Source: Euglena gracilis
Taxonomy: Eukaryota
Reading direction: 5' to 3'
DNA: 64,000 nt
Assembly (NCBI GenBank): GCA_039621445.1
Contig: CP154954.1
Coordinates: 17,452,589-17,516,588, forward strand
Shown here piece after piece: positions 12,947-22,841 of this stretch (position 1 is its first letter; every line of letters starts with the position of its first letter). The notes under the pieces are model-generated. The model was not told the origin of the DNA and did not search any database. It saw only the letters and a list, made by a program, of their open reading frames with translations. Both the position numbers and the translations under genes were made by a program.

Positions 12947-13249
12947 CCCCTCCCCCAGGGGTTGGTGCTACGACCCCAGGACCGGCGGCTTAATTTGGGT
13001 ACTCACGCCCCAAGCCTTCGGGTGCCGTCCGTATTTTTCGGCAATTTTTGCCTCTTTCCACACCGAAAGGGCCTTGTCTCGCCCTCCCCAAAGGGTGCTG
13101 TCCCGGAGGGTGCCCCGTAGGTAGTGGACCATTTTTCCGTCCCGCGCTGCCTTGTTTTTGGGGCCGGTTTTTTTCAGCCCCCCCCCTCCCCCACCCCCGG
13201 GAGGGTGACGCAGAGCTCGTTTGTAACGGTCTGCACCACACAGACAAGA

Positions 13250-13322
13250 GCGGTCGGGGACGAGGGTTGGCAGGGTCGTCACCCCTGACGATGCCCCACC
13301 TGCCAGCCTGGGGCGAAACCGC
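13250..13322 (+). ncRNA. Type III hammerhead ribozyme (unit 1)
   Basis: Stem III GCGGT/ACCGC, GTC cleavage triplet (cut after 13255), stem I GGGGACGA/TCGTCACCC, core CTGACGA (13285-13291) plus one extra T, stem II GCCCCA/TGGGGC, GAAA (13315-13318); loops I and II are complementary. Confidence 0.9.
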
Positions 13323-13909
13323 AACACAGACTGACAACACACGCGCCCACACCGACTGACAACACACTTCCCCCACAAGCACACACTCTCGGGTCGGCAA
13401 GGAGTTCCCCCCAAGGAGTTCCCCCAGCAACACCGATTCAGAAGAGAGATTTACGCAGTGACCCTGCGTCCCATGGAGCTTTCCATGGCATTTTTCCCAG
13501 AATTGCATGGCGCGGTTGTTTCGCACCCCCATGCCTCGCCCCCAGCGCCCCATTTTGTGGGCTAAACCCGCGGCAGTTCTACTGAGCAACCGGCGGCTCA
13601 GGCCACCCCCTCCCCCAGGGGTTGGTGCTGCGACCCCAGGACCGGCGGCTTAATTTGGGTACTCGCGCCCCAAGCCTTCGGGTGCCGTCCGTATTTTTCG
13701 GCAATTTTTGCCTCTTTCCACACCGAAAGGGCCTTGTCTCGCCCTCCCCAAAGGGTGCTGTCCCGGAGGGTGCCCCGTAGGTAGTGGACCATTTTTCCGT
13801 CCCGCGCTGCCTTGTTTTTGGGGCCGGTTTTTTTCAGCCCCCCCCCTCCCCCACCCCCGGGAGGGTGACGCAGAGCTCGTTTGTAACGGTCTGCACCACA
13901 CAGACAAGA

Positions 13910-13982
13910 GCGGTCGGGGACGAGGGTTGGCAGGGTCGTCACCCCTGACGATGCCCCACCTGCCAGCCTGGGGCGAAACCGC
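13910..13982 (+). ncRNA. Type III hammerhead ribozyme (unit 2)
   Basis: Same sequence as 13250-13322. Confidence 0.9.
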
Positions 13983-14570
13983 AACACAGACTGACAACAC
14001 ACGCGCCCACACCGACTGACAACACACTTCCCCCACAAGCACACACTCTCGGGTCGGCAAGGAGTTCCCCCCAAGGAGTTCCCCCAGCAACACCGATTCA
14101 GAAGAGAGATTTACGCAGTGACCCTGCGTCCCATGGAGCTTTCCATGGCATTTTTCCCAGAATTGCATGGCGCGGTTGTTTCGCACCCCCATGCCTCGCC
14201 CCCAGCGCCCCATTTTGTGGGCTAAACCCGCGGCAGTTCTGCTGAGCAACCGGCGGCTCAGGCCACCCCCTCCCCCAGGGGTTGGTGCTGCGACCCCAGG
14301 ACCGGCGGCTTAATTTGGGTACTCGCGCCCCAAGCCTTCGGGTGCCGTCCGTATTTTTCGGCAATTTTTGCCTCTTTCCACACCGAAAGGGCCTTGTCTC
14401 GCCCTCCCCAAAGGGTGCTGTCCCGGAGGGTGCCCCGTAGGTAGTGGACCATTTTTCCGTCCCGCGCTGCCTTGTTTTTGGGGCCGGTTTTTTTCAGCCC
14501 CCCCCCCTCCCCCACCCCCGGGAGGGTGACGCAGAGCTCGTTTGTAACGGTCTGCACCACACAGACAAGA

Positions 14571-14643
14571 GCGGTCGGGGACGAGGGTTGGCAGGGTCGT
14601 CACCCCTGACGATGCCCCACCTGCCAGCCTGGGGCGAAACCGC
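14571..14643 (+). ncRNA. Type III hammerhead ribozyme (unit 3)
   Basis: Same sequence as 13250-13322. Confidence 0.9.
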
Positions 14644-15230
14644 AACACAGACTGACAACACACGCGCCCACACCGACTGACAACACACTTCCCCCACAAG
14701 CACACACTCTCGGGTCGGCAAGGAGTTCCCCCCAAGGAGTTCCCCCAGCAACACCGATTCAGAAGAGAGATTTACGCAGTGACCCTGCGTCCCATGGAGC
14801 TTTCCATGGCATTTTTCCCAGAATTGCATGGCGCGGTTGTTTCGCACCCCCATGCCTCGCCCCCAGCGCCCCATTTTGTGGGCTAAACCCGCGGCAGTTC
14901 TGCTGAGCAACCGGCGGCTCAGGCCACCCCCTCCCCCAGGGGTTGGTGCTGCGACCCCAGGACCGGCGGCTTAATTTGGGTACTCGCGCCCCAAGCCTTC
15001 GGGTGCCGTCCGTATTTTTCGGCAATTTTTGCCTCTTTCCACACCGAAAGGGCCTTGTCTCGCCCTCCCCAAAGGGTGCTGTCCCGGAGGGTGCCCCGTA
15101 GGTAGTGGACCATTTTTCCGTCCCGCGCTGCCTTGTTTTTGGGGCCGGTTTTTTTCAGCCCCCCCCCTCCCCCACCCCCGGGAGGGTGACGCAGAGCTCG
15201 TTTGTAACGGTCTGCACCACACAGACAAGA

Positions 15231-15303
15231 GCGGTCGGGGACGAGGGTTGGCAGGGTCGTCACCCCTGACGATGCCCCACCTGCCAGCCTGGGGCGAAAC
15301 CGC
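15231..15303 (+). ncRNA. Type III hammerhead ribozyme (unit 4)
   Basis: Same sequence as 13250-13322. Confidence 0.9.
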
Positions 15304-15881
15304 AACACAGACTGACAACACACGCGCCCACACCGACTGACAACACACTTCCCCCACAAGCACACACTCTCGGGTCGGCAAGGAGTTCCCCCCAAGGAGT
15401 TCCCCCAGCAACACCGATTCAGAAGAGAGATTTACGCAGTGACCCTGCGTCCCATGCAGCATTTTTCCCAGAATTGCATGGCGCGGTTGTTTCGCACCCC
15501 CATGCCTCGCCCCCAGCGCCCCATTTTGTGGGCTAAACCCGCGGCAGTTCTACTGAGCAACCGGCGGCTCAGGCCACCCCCTCCCCCAGGGGTTGGTGCT
15601 GCGACCCCAGGACCGGCGGCTTAATTTGGGTACTCGCGCCCCAAGCCTTCGGGTGCCGTCCGTATTTTTCGGCAATTTTTGCCTCTTTCCACACCGAAAG
15701 GGCCTTGTCTCGCCCTCCCCAAAGGGTGCTGTCCCGGAGGGTGCCCCGTAGGTAGTGGACCATTTTTCCGTCCCGCGCTGCCTTGTTTTTGGGGCCGGTT
15801 TTTTTTCAGCCCCCCCCCTCCCCCACCCCCGGGAGGGTGACGCAGAGCTCGTTTGTAACGGTCTGCACCACACAGACAAGA

Positions 15882-15954
15882 GCGGTCGGGGACGAGGGTT
15901 GGCAGGGTCGTCACCCCTGACGATGCCCCACCTGCCAGCCTGGGGCGAAACCGC
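15882..15954 (+). ncRNA. Type III hammerhead ribozyme (unit 5)
   Basis: Same sequence as 13250-13322. Confidence 0.9.
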
Positions 15955-16070
15955 AACACAGACTGACAACACACGCGCCCACACCGACTGACAACACACT
16001 TCCCCACAAGCACACACTCTCGGGTCGGCAAGGAGTTCCCCCCAAGGAGTTCCCCCAGCAACACCGATTC

Positions 16071-16534
16071 AGAAGAGAGAGAGAGAGAGAGGGGGGAGGA
16101 GAGAGGAGAGAGAGGCGAGAGAGAGAGAAGATGAGAGGAGGGGGGGAGCCGGGAGAAGAAAAGAGAGATGGAGAGGGAGAGGGAGAGAGAGAGGGGAGGG
16201 AGGGGGGGAGGCGCGGTCGAGGGGGAGAGGGTGAAGAGAAGGGGGGGGGGGGGAGGGGGGGGGGGGGGGTGGGGGAAGGGGGGGGGGTGGCGACGGGGGG
16301 GGGGGGGGGGGCTGAGGGTGGGGGAAAGGGGGGGAAGAGAGGGGGGGGAACGCGGAGGGGCAGGGGCGGGGCAGAGAGGGGGGGCGGGGGGGGGAGGGGC
16401 TGTGGAGCGGGACGGGGGGGGGGTGGAGAGAGGGAGGTGGCGTGGAGGGGGTGGGGTGGAGGGAGAGAAGAGGGGAGGGGGGGTGGTGGGGAGGAAGGGA
16501 GGGGGGAGAAAGGGCGGTGGATGGAGCGGGAGAG

Positions 16535-16565
<31 letters not shown>

Positions 16566-16640
16566 CAGGGAGAGAGGAGAGAGAGAGAGAGAGAGAGAGA
16601 GGCGAGAGGGAGGGCGAGCGGGGAGGTGGGAGAGAGAGGG
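16071..16640 (+). repeat. Polypurine (GA/G-rich) tract
   Basis: Almost pyrimidine-free on the + strand; (GA)n and poly-G runs. Confidence 0.9.
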
Positions 16641-16859
16641 GGGTGAAGAAGCAGAGCAGGCGACAACGCTGCGATCGCAGCAGAAGAGGGGCGAAGGCGG
16701 AGAGAGGCCGAGAAGATGGTACGGAGAGAGAGGTGTACAAGCTCCACCCAGAGCCGGAGAGGGGCAAGAGAGAGCGGAGGTGGGCAGAGCCAGCAGAGGC
16801 ACAAACCCATGCAGAGAGCCGAGAGAAGAGGGGGAGAGACTGGGGACGCAGGTGCGACC

Positions 16860-19700
16860 GAACGCCACGCTGGTGGAGGGGCACGTCCTCTCCACAGACC
16901 CCGACGAGCTGGCGTCCCCGTACCTGAGGGAGATCCTCAGCAAGGGGAAGAAGTACCGCCTGCGGCTGCCCATCTCGTCAGTGCTGGCGCGCCTCGACGA
17001 CGGCCTCCGCCAGTACGTGGAGTACAAGACCAAGGCCCACCAAGACGACGAGGGCTACCGCACGGGCCTGCTGAAGTGGGCGGAAGCGGTGCGGGCACGC
17101 GCAGAGGCCCGCATCACGCAGGCGGCGAGGGAGCACCCCCACGAGCCAGACGGGTACCCCAACCTGCAGGAGCAGCTCAGCGCAGCCAAGAGGGCGCTGG
17201 TGTTCGGGCCGGAGGACAGGGCACCGCACGCCCTGTTCTTCGCCTGCGGGCGGCTGTTCGCGGCGAAGCTGCACGAGCGGCTAGAAGCGACCGGGGCATT
17301 CGTCCCAGACGCCCGCCCGCCGGCGGACCTGCTGGAGCAGATCAAGGCCCTGAACGACGAGCTGCAGCTCCTCCACCACCCACGGCTGCCATACCTCTAT
17401 GGAGCATGGAAGGCCAAGAAGCAAGCCTTCCGCTGGATTGCCGGGACGGCCCGGAACCAGGACGAAGGCGACCATGAGGAAGAAGAAGGAAAGCCAAAGA
17501 ACGCCCTCTCCGAAGTGGGCGGCCTCATGGTCAAAGTGCTCCAAGTGGTGATGGCAACCCTGCGGCGAAAGGACCGGGAAGCAGTGGGCAAAGGCAACAA
17601 GTCCCGCTACTGGATCATCGAGGACATCGATGAGTTCGTGCAGGAGTTCCGGGTGCTGGCGCAAAGCCGAGCGCTGAGCGCCGTGCCGTGGGCAACGTAT
17701 GACTTCACCACCATGTACGAGGCGCTGGAGCACGAGCACCTGGTGCACGGGGTGATGGCAGCGGTGAAGGAGGCCTGGGAGGAGGAAACCATCGGCAAAG
17801 CACGGGACACGGGCCAACATCCACGAGACGTGGACCTACGCCTGGGGGCAGGGGGCTGGCACGAGGCGGCCAAGGTGAAGGACGCCCCCGGAATGCCGTG
17901 GTTCACGCTGCCGAGGGTGGAGGACACCCTGCGCAAGATGCTGGCCAACCTGTACGCGGTGAACGGCGGGGTGGTGCGGAAGCAGCAAAAGGGAGTACCC
18001 ATGGGGCTGGAGTGCTCCCCGCAGCTGGCCAACCTGTACGCCTACGCCGTGGAGAGCAGGTGGGTGGACCGAACGGCACCGACCAACGTCCTGATGCGGC
18101 GGTACATCGACGACATCATCGTCATGGGACCAGATGCCCTCACCCCCGGGAAAGGGCTGCCCACCGAGGAGGACTACGGGATGCAGTACAAGTCCACCGC
18201 CGAGGAGCCCCACAGCCTCATCTACCTGGGGGTGCGGCTGTTCGTGGACGACCGCGGACAAGCCCACTCGGTCCTGCACGACCGTGCAGTGGACTACCCC
18301 ATCCGGGTGGACCGATACCCCGAGGGCACAACAGTGGCCAACCCAGCCCAGCTGGCAGGCGTCATCATGGGCCGGTTGGTGGCAGCCCAACGGACATGCA
18401 GCCGCATGGATCTGTTCCAAGACGCGGTGGCCGGCATCTTCACCCACGCGCATCGCAGGGGATACCCACGGAGAATGGTGCACTCCACGTGGACCCGGTT
18501 CCTGTGGCGGTACTGGGACGCGGCATCCGTCACCACGCGGGAACTGCGGGCGTGGTTCCACGACGCGTGGCGAAAGGTGACGGAAGCGGAGGAGGGGGGA
18601 CAGCGCAAGCCGGCCCCCAAGTGGCCAACGTGGGAAGCCCGCGTACCACTGCCGCGGGACAGTGGCAGGGGAACACCACAGCACCCACCACCGCGGGACG
18701 CAGCAGGGCACCAGGCAGCATGTGAGGGGACCCCCCAGCCCCAAGCAGCACAACGGGAGCCCATCGACGACCTCATCGACCTCACCACGCCACCGGGGTC
18801 CCCGCCACACGCAAGCCCAGGCGACGGGGAGCCGCAGGGCGGCTCCTCGCAACCAGCCAGCAGCTACCGCCCGATGGCACCGCCGCTGATACCGTACCCC
18901 CTCCCACCGAGCGGCAGGGGAGGGGTGGGGCCAACCAGGACCGGACGACCAGGACAGAGGGGGGCAGGGCAGAAAGGCAACATACCGCCGAGAAGGCCGT
19001 GGTCTTCACCGGTGTACCCCACGCGGGGGGCTGCCAGCTCGTCGTCGACTTGGGCCGAAAAGGCTGTGCGATGGGGCTGTCCGCCTTCCGAGTCGCTGCC
19101 ACTGCACGCCCCTCTCGCACAGGAGCGTGCAGTGGGGGGCGCACTCTCCCCACGAGCACAGCCACCTCACGTCCCTGTCGCCGAAACACGGTGCACAGCG
19201 AGCACACAGGAGCGGGAGGTGGCCGGCGCTTCCCCCACACCCACCACACAGACATCAGCGGCGACGCCAACCAGCCAGCAGCCACCAACAACCACAGTGC
19301 AGCAGCCGCTGCAAGTGGTCCAGGTGCCCCAACCGTACCCGGTGCCGGTGCCGGTGCCCACCCCCTGTCCCGTGCCGGTGTACGTCGAGCGCGTGGTGCC
19401 GGTACAGATCCCAGTGCCATACCACGTACCCGTGCCGGTGGTCGTGGAGCGCGCAGTGCCCACACCGTACCCGGTGCCGGTGCACGTGGAGCGCCTGGTG
19501 CCAGTGGAACGCCCACTCCCGCTGCCGTGGCTGGACACCGGGGCAGTGACCGCGCTGCTCCGGGGGGCGAGCGCACAGCTGCCCATGCCAGTCCAACGCC
19601 TGATCCAAGCGGTCAGCAGCACCACCGGGCCGACGAGGGCCCGGTGGCAGCGGGAGATGGGGCGACCACAGCCTTACCCGGCGGAAGGAGCAGTGGACCC
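16860..19700 (+). CDS. PLE family 2 reverse transcriptase and PVPV repeat region
   Basis: Inside ORF 16168..20736: EGHV..KGKKYRL, EDRAPHA, WKAKKQAFRWIAGT, DFTTMY, YIDD, QLAGVIMGRL, RRGYPRRMV all align with family 1. The coding frame appears to switch near 19630-19790. Confidence 0.8.
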
Positions 19701-19779
19701 CCAACGGGCACTGCTCGTCGAAATGGTGCGATGGATCTGGCAGCAGCAACAGCAGCAGCAAGAGAGCCGCCCCTCACCC

Positions 19780-22029
19780 ATCGCGCCACGCTGGCGATCG
19801 AAGACGCACCCACCGCAGCCACACCCACATCGCCCGCGGCAGGCACCACCCCGGCAGGAGCAGCACCACCACCAAGCAACAACCCACCACCACCCGCAAC
19901 GGAAGGGGCCAGCACCACCGCCACGCCAGCAGCACCAGGCAGCACCAGCCCCGCGCCCGCAGCAGCAGCAGCAAGCAGCACGCCGGCCCCACCAACACCA
20001 ACCACAAGCGCCACACCGCCACCGAGCGCCACCCCCACGCAGGAAGCACAAAGCACCACAGCCACCGAGGAGGCACCGGCAAGAAGCGACCCCATGGCCA
20101 CAGACCGACTCCTGGGCAACAAGCGCCCAGTGTCGGTGGTGGTGGAGGAGGCGGCCACACCACAGCCCACCGAAGGGGACGATGCCTCGCAGGCAACCCA
20201 ACCAAGCCAACGCAAGAAGAGGCTGTACACACGCTTGGCCGAGTGGCCGGCAGAGTGGCGGGAGCAGTACGAGCGGTTCAAGGCCACGCCCAAAGCAAGC
20301 GACCGCCACGAGATGTGGCAGGGGTGGGACCAAAGCCTCCAAGACCAAGTGTGGGCAGCCGTCGCCGACAAGCGGAGGGACGAGATCCGCCGATGGAAGG
20401 CGAGGGAGAACGAAGGCCCACCAACCCAAGCAGAAGGCCAAGCCAGAAGCACGCGAGAAGAGAGGCGGAGGTCCCACACCGGAGCGGCAGACGAAGGTGG
20501 AGAACCCACCAGCCACGACTGGCAAGAAGGCCAGCGCATCGGGGAGGCGAAGCAGCCAGGCCCAGAAGAGGAAGGGTCGGCAGCGGACCCCCCCGAGGGG
20601 CAAGCGGGGAGCCCAAAGAATCACCCGCGACCGGCCTGGGGCGGCTCTCCAGGGGTACCTGCCGATCACCGGCAGGGCGTGTCCCGGCACGCCGTCAATC
20701 GGGACCCCAACAAAACAGAACCCACCAGCACCATGAACACAAAAATCACAGGCATGCCAGGCAATGACGGCCTGCCCGGCGCAGAGGACCTCTGCCCCGG
20801 GTGGCAGGCGGGGCGCCAGCCTAAGAACCCGCAACCGATCTGGGGCGGATCTCCAGGGGTACCTGCCAATCACTGGCAGGGCGTGGCCCGACACGCCGTC
20901 AAGTGGGACGAAGGAGCAGAAGAACCGTGCCCCAGAAGCAGAAGCCAAGACCAGCACGACTGGAAGAAAGGGGCACGGATCGGGGAAGCAAAGAACCCCG
21001 GACCACCCCAAAGAGGGTACCAACAGCCCAACCCAAAAGGGGGGGCCCAGCGAGGAGGACAACAAACAGGAAAAGGACAGACACAGCCCAGGAAAGGAGG
21101 CAAGGGTGGCAAAGGAAACGTCACCCCACAAGGAAGCCGGCAGGGCCAACCCCAAGGAGAGGGCTGGCAAACAGCACAAAGCACCGGCCGAAAACGCCTC
21201 CAAAAGCGCCTCCAAGGGCTCCAACGGGCGCTGCAAGAAATGCAGCAAGAGCTCGACCAATGGCGGCAGAATCCGCCCCCGCAGCAGCAGCAGCAACGAC
21301 CGGACCTAAGGGACGACAACCCCTGGGCCCCCCTGCAGCCACAGCAACAACGCCGGGAGCGGAAGAGATCCATTGGGTTTGAACCCCCAAGCCGCCAAGC
21401 GAGCAGGCAGCCGCCAGAGCAACGAGGAGGACGCGGAGGACGGGGAGGACGAGGTCGTGGACGAGGCGACGGAGCCCAAGATCGACACGGCCATGGAGAT
21501 CCCCGAAACCCGCGTGCCGGGCACGGAACTTGCCAGCCGTGCCCGTCATGCGGGTACCAGAACGAGGTGTACCACGCCGACGGGGCCCTGGGGGGTGGGG
21601 GGCTCGCCGGCGGTGGCATCCCCGGGCCCCCGGGCCCTGGCGCGGGGTCCGGGGGTGGCGTGAAAGGCGTGCGGAGCCCATGGGGGGAGCGCCGCCCCCC
21701 CAGCACGCACGCACGCACGGGGACCGCCACACACCCACCAGCAGGCAAGGGAGGGGGAGGGGGAAGGGGCAGCCCAGCGCGCCAGACAGACGGGCATCCG
21801 GAGGACCGGCGGCCAAGGGAGGGGGGAGGGGGAAAGGGATGGGCAGCCCAGAGCGCCAGACAGACGGGCAGCCACCGGGGGACAGGAGGCCAAGGGAGGG
21901 GGGAGGGGGAAAGGGAAAGGCAGCCCACGTGGAGAGAGAGAGGGGGAGGGGAGAGAGGAGGACAGACAGAGGGGAGAGGGGGGAGAGGGAGGAGAGAGGG
22001 AGAGAGGGAGGAGAGAGGAGAGGAGAGGT

Positions 22030-22030
<1 letters not shown>
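19780..22030 (+). CDS. PLE family 2 post-RT extension with two 2A-like motifs and a coiled coil
   Basis: Frame of ORF 18999..22190: LAIEDAP, KKRLYTRLAEWPAEWREQYE, HDWQEGQRIGEAKQPGP, HDWKKGARIGEAKNPGP, LQKRLQGLQRALQEMQQEL, NPWAPLQ, GIPGPP; open into the (GA)n run. Confidence 0.7.
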
Positions 22031-22184
<154 letters not shown>

Positions 22185-22363
22185 CGCTGACCCCGGCACC
22201 TGAGAAGAGCAAGGGGAAGAGAAGGCTCAAGACGGGCCCAAGCAAGACGACCAAGAAGGGAGTGGGGAAAAGGCCGGTGAGGGTCCCCATGAGGAGCCCA
22301 ACCCCCCGTGCCGGGGCGACTCCCTGTCGACAACTTCTTCCGCGGAGTACGATGCAAGAGAAT

Positions 22364-22420
<57 letters not shown>

Positions 22421-22669
22421 TGACCACCTTCACGCCAAGGAGTGGGGCGAGTGGCCCCCGGGGTCCCCGCTCCTGGCAACCGGAGTTCCTGGGCCGTTCC
22501 TCGGGTGACGGCAGCACCCGAGGGCCATGCAACACGCGGAGCCGCTCTCCAGGTGGGTGCCCACGGGGCTTTATCTCGCCTGCCTGGATGGAGCCGTGGG
22601 TGGCCCTGAGGGTCCGCATACCCTTGGGTCCCATGACTCGCCCACCCGCGGAACATGAGCGCCCCGTCA

Positions 22670-22745
22670 CCAGGCGGTCTGCCCCCACCAGCCGGGCGTC
22701 GGGGGCATCGACAAGGAAGGCCCGGCTGGATCCGAAACCGCCTGG
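22670..22745 (+). ncRNA. Type III hammerhead-like ribozyme with variant core (TCGACAA)
   Basis: Stem III CCAGGCGGT/ACCGCCTGG, GTC site, stem I TGCCCCC/GGGGGCA, core TCGACAA (22708-22714), stem II GGA/TCC, GAAA; perfect 10-bp loop-loop complement CCAGCCGGGC/GCCCGGCTGG. Confidence 0.75.
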
Positions 22746-22764
22746 CTCTTTTACCGCTGTGTGC

Positions 22765-22829
<65 letters not shown>

Positions 22830-22841
<12 letters not shown>

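Larger units (their letters stand above)
12944..16080 (+). mobile_element. Tandem array of a ~660-bp hammerhead-bearing non-autonomous retroelement (retrozyme-like PLE partner)
   Basis: Partial unit 12944-13449 then units 13450-14109, 14110-14770, 14771-15430, 15431-16080, almost identical; each ends AGAAGAGAGA and the last runs into (GA)n; first ~100 nt of the unit are homologous to PLE copy B 23175-23270. Confidence 0.88.

Noticed and set aside
12944-16080. CRISPR array, or protein-coding repeats (the 100-200 aa ORFs)
   Set aside because: Units are whole 660-bp copies with no unique spacers and no cas genes; the ORFs are broken by single-base indels between units and have no recognisable motifs.
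12944-16080. Minus-strand ribozyme as in ambisense viroid-like RNAs
   Set aside because: I could not find a CTGANGA...GAAA core on the minus strand by eye; other ribozyme classes are not excluded.
15621-17033. 470-aa Pro/Ser/Leu-rich ORF and similar antisense ORFs (e.g. 19674-22656)
   Set aside because: Shadow frames of polypurine tracts and GC-rich PLE sequence.
21480-21525. Possible hammerhead in PLE family 2 (TCGACAC...CCGAAACCCG)
   Set aside because: No convincing stem I and no NUH cleavage triplet paired to stem III.
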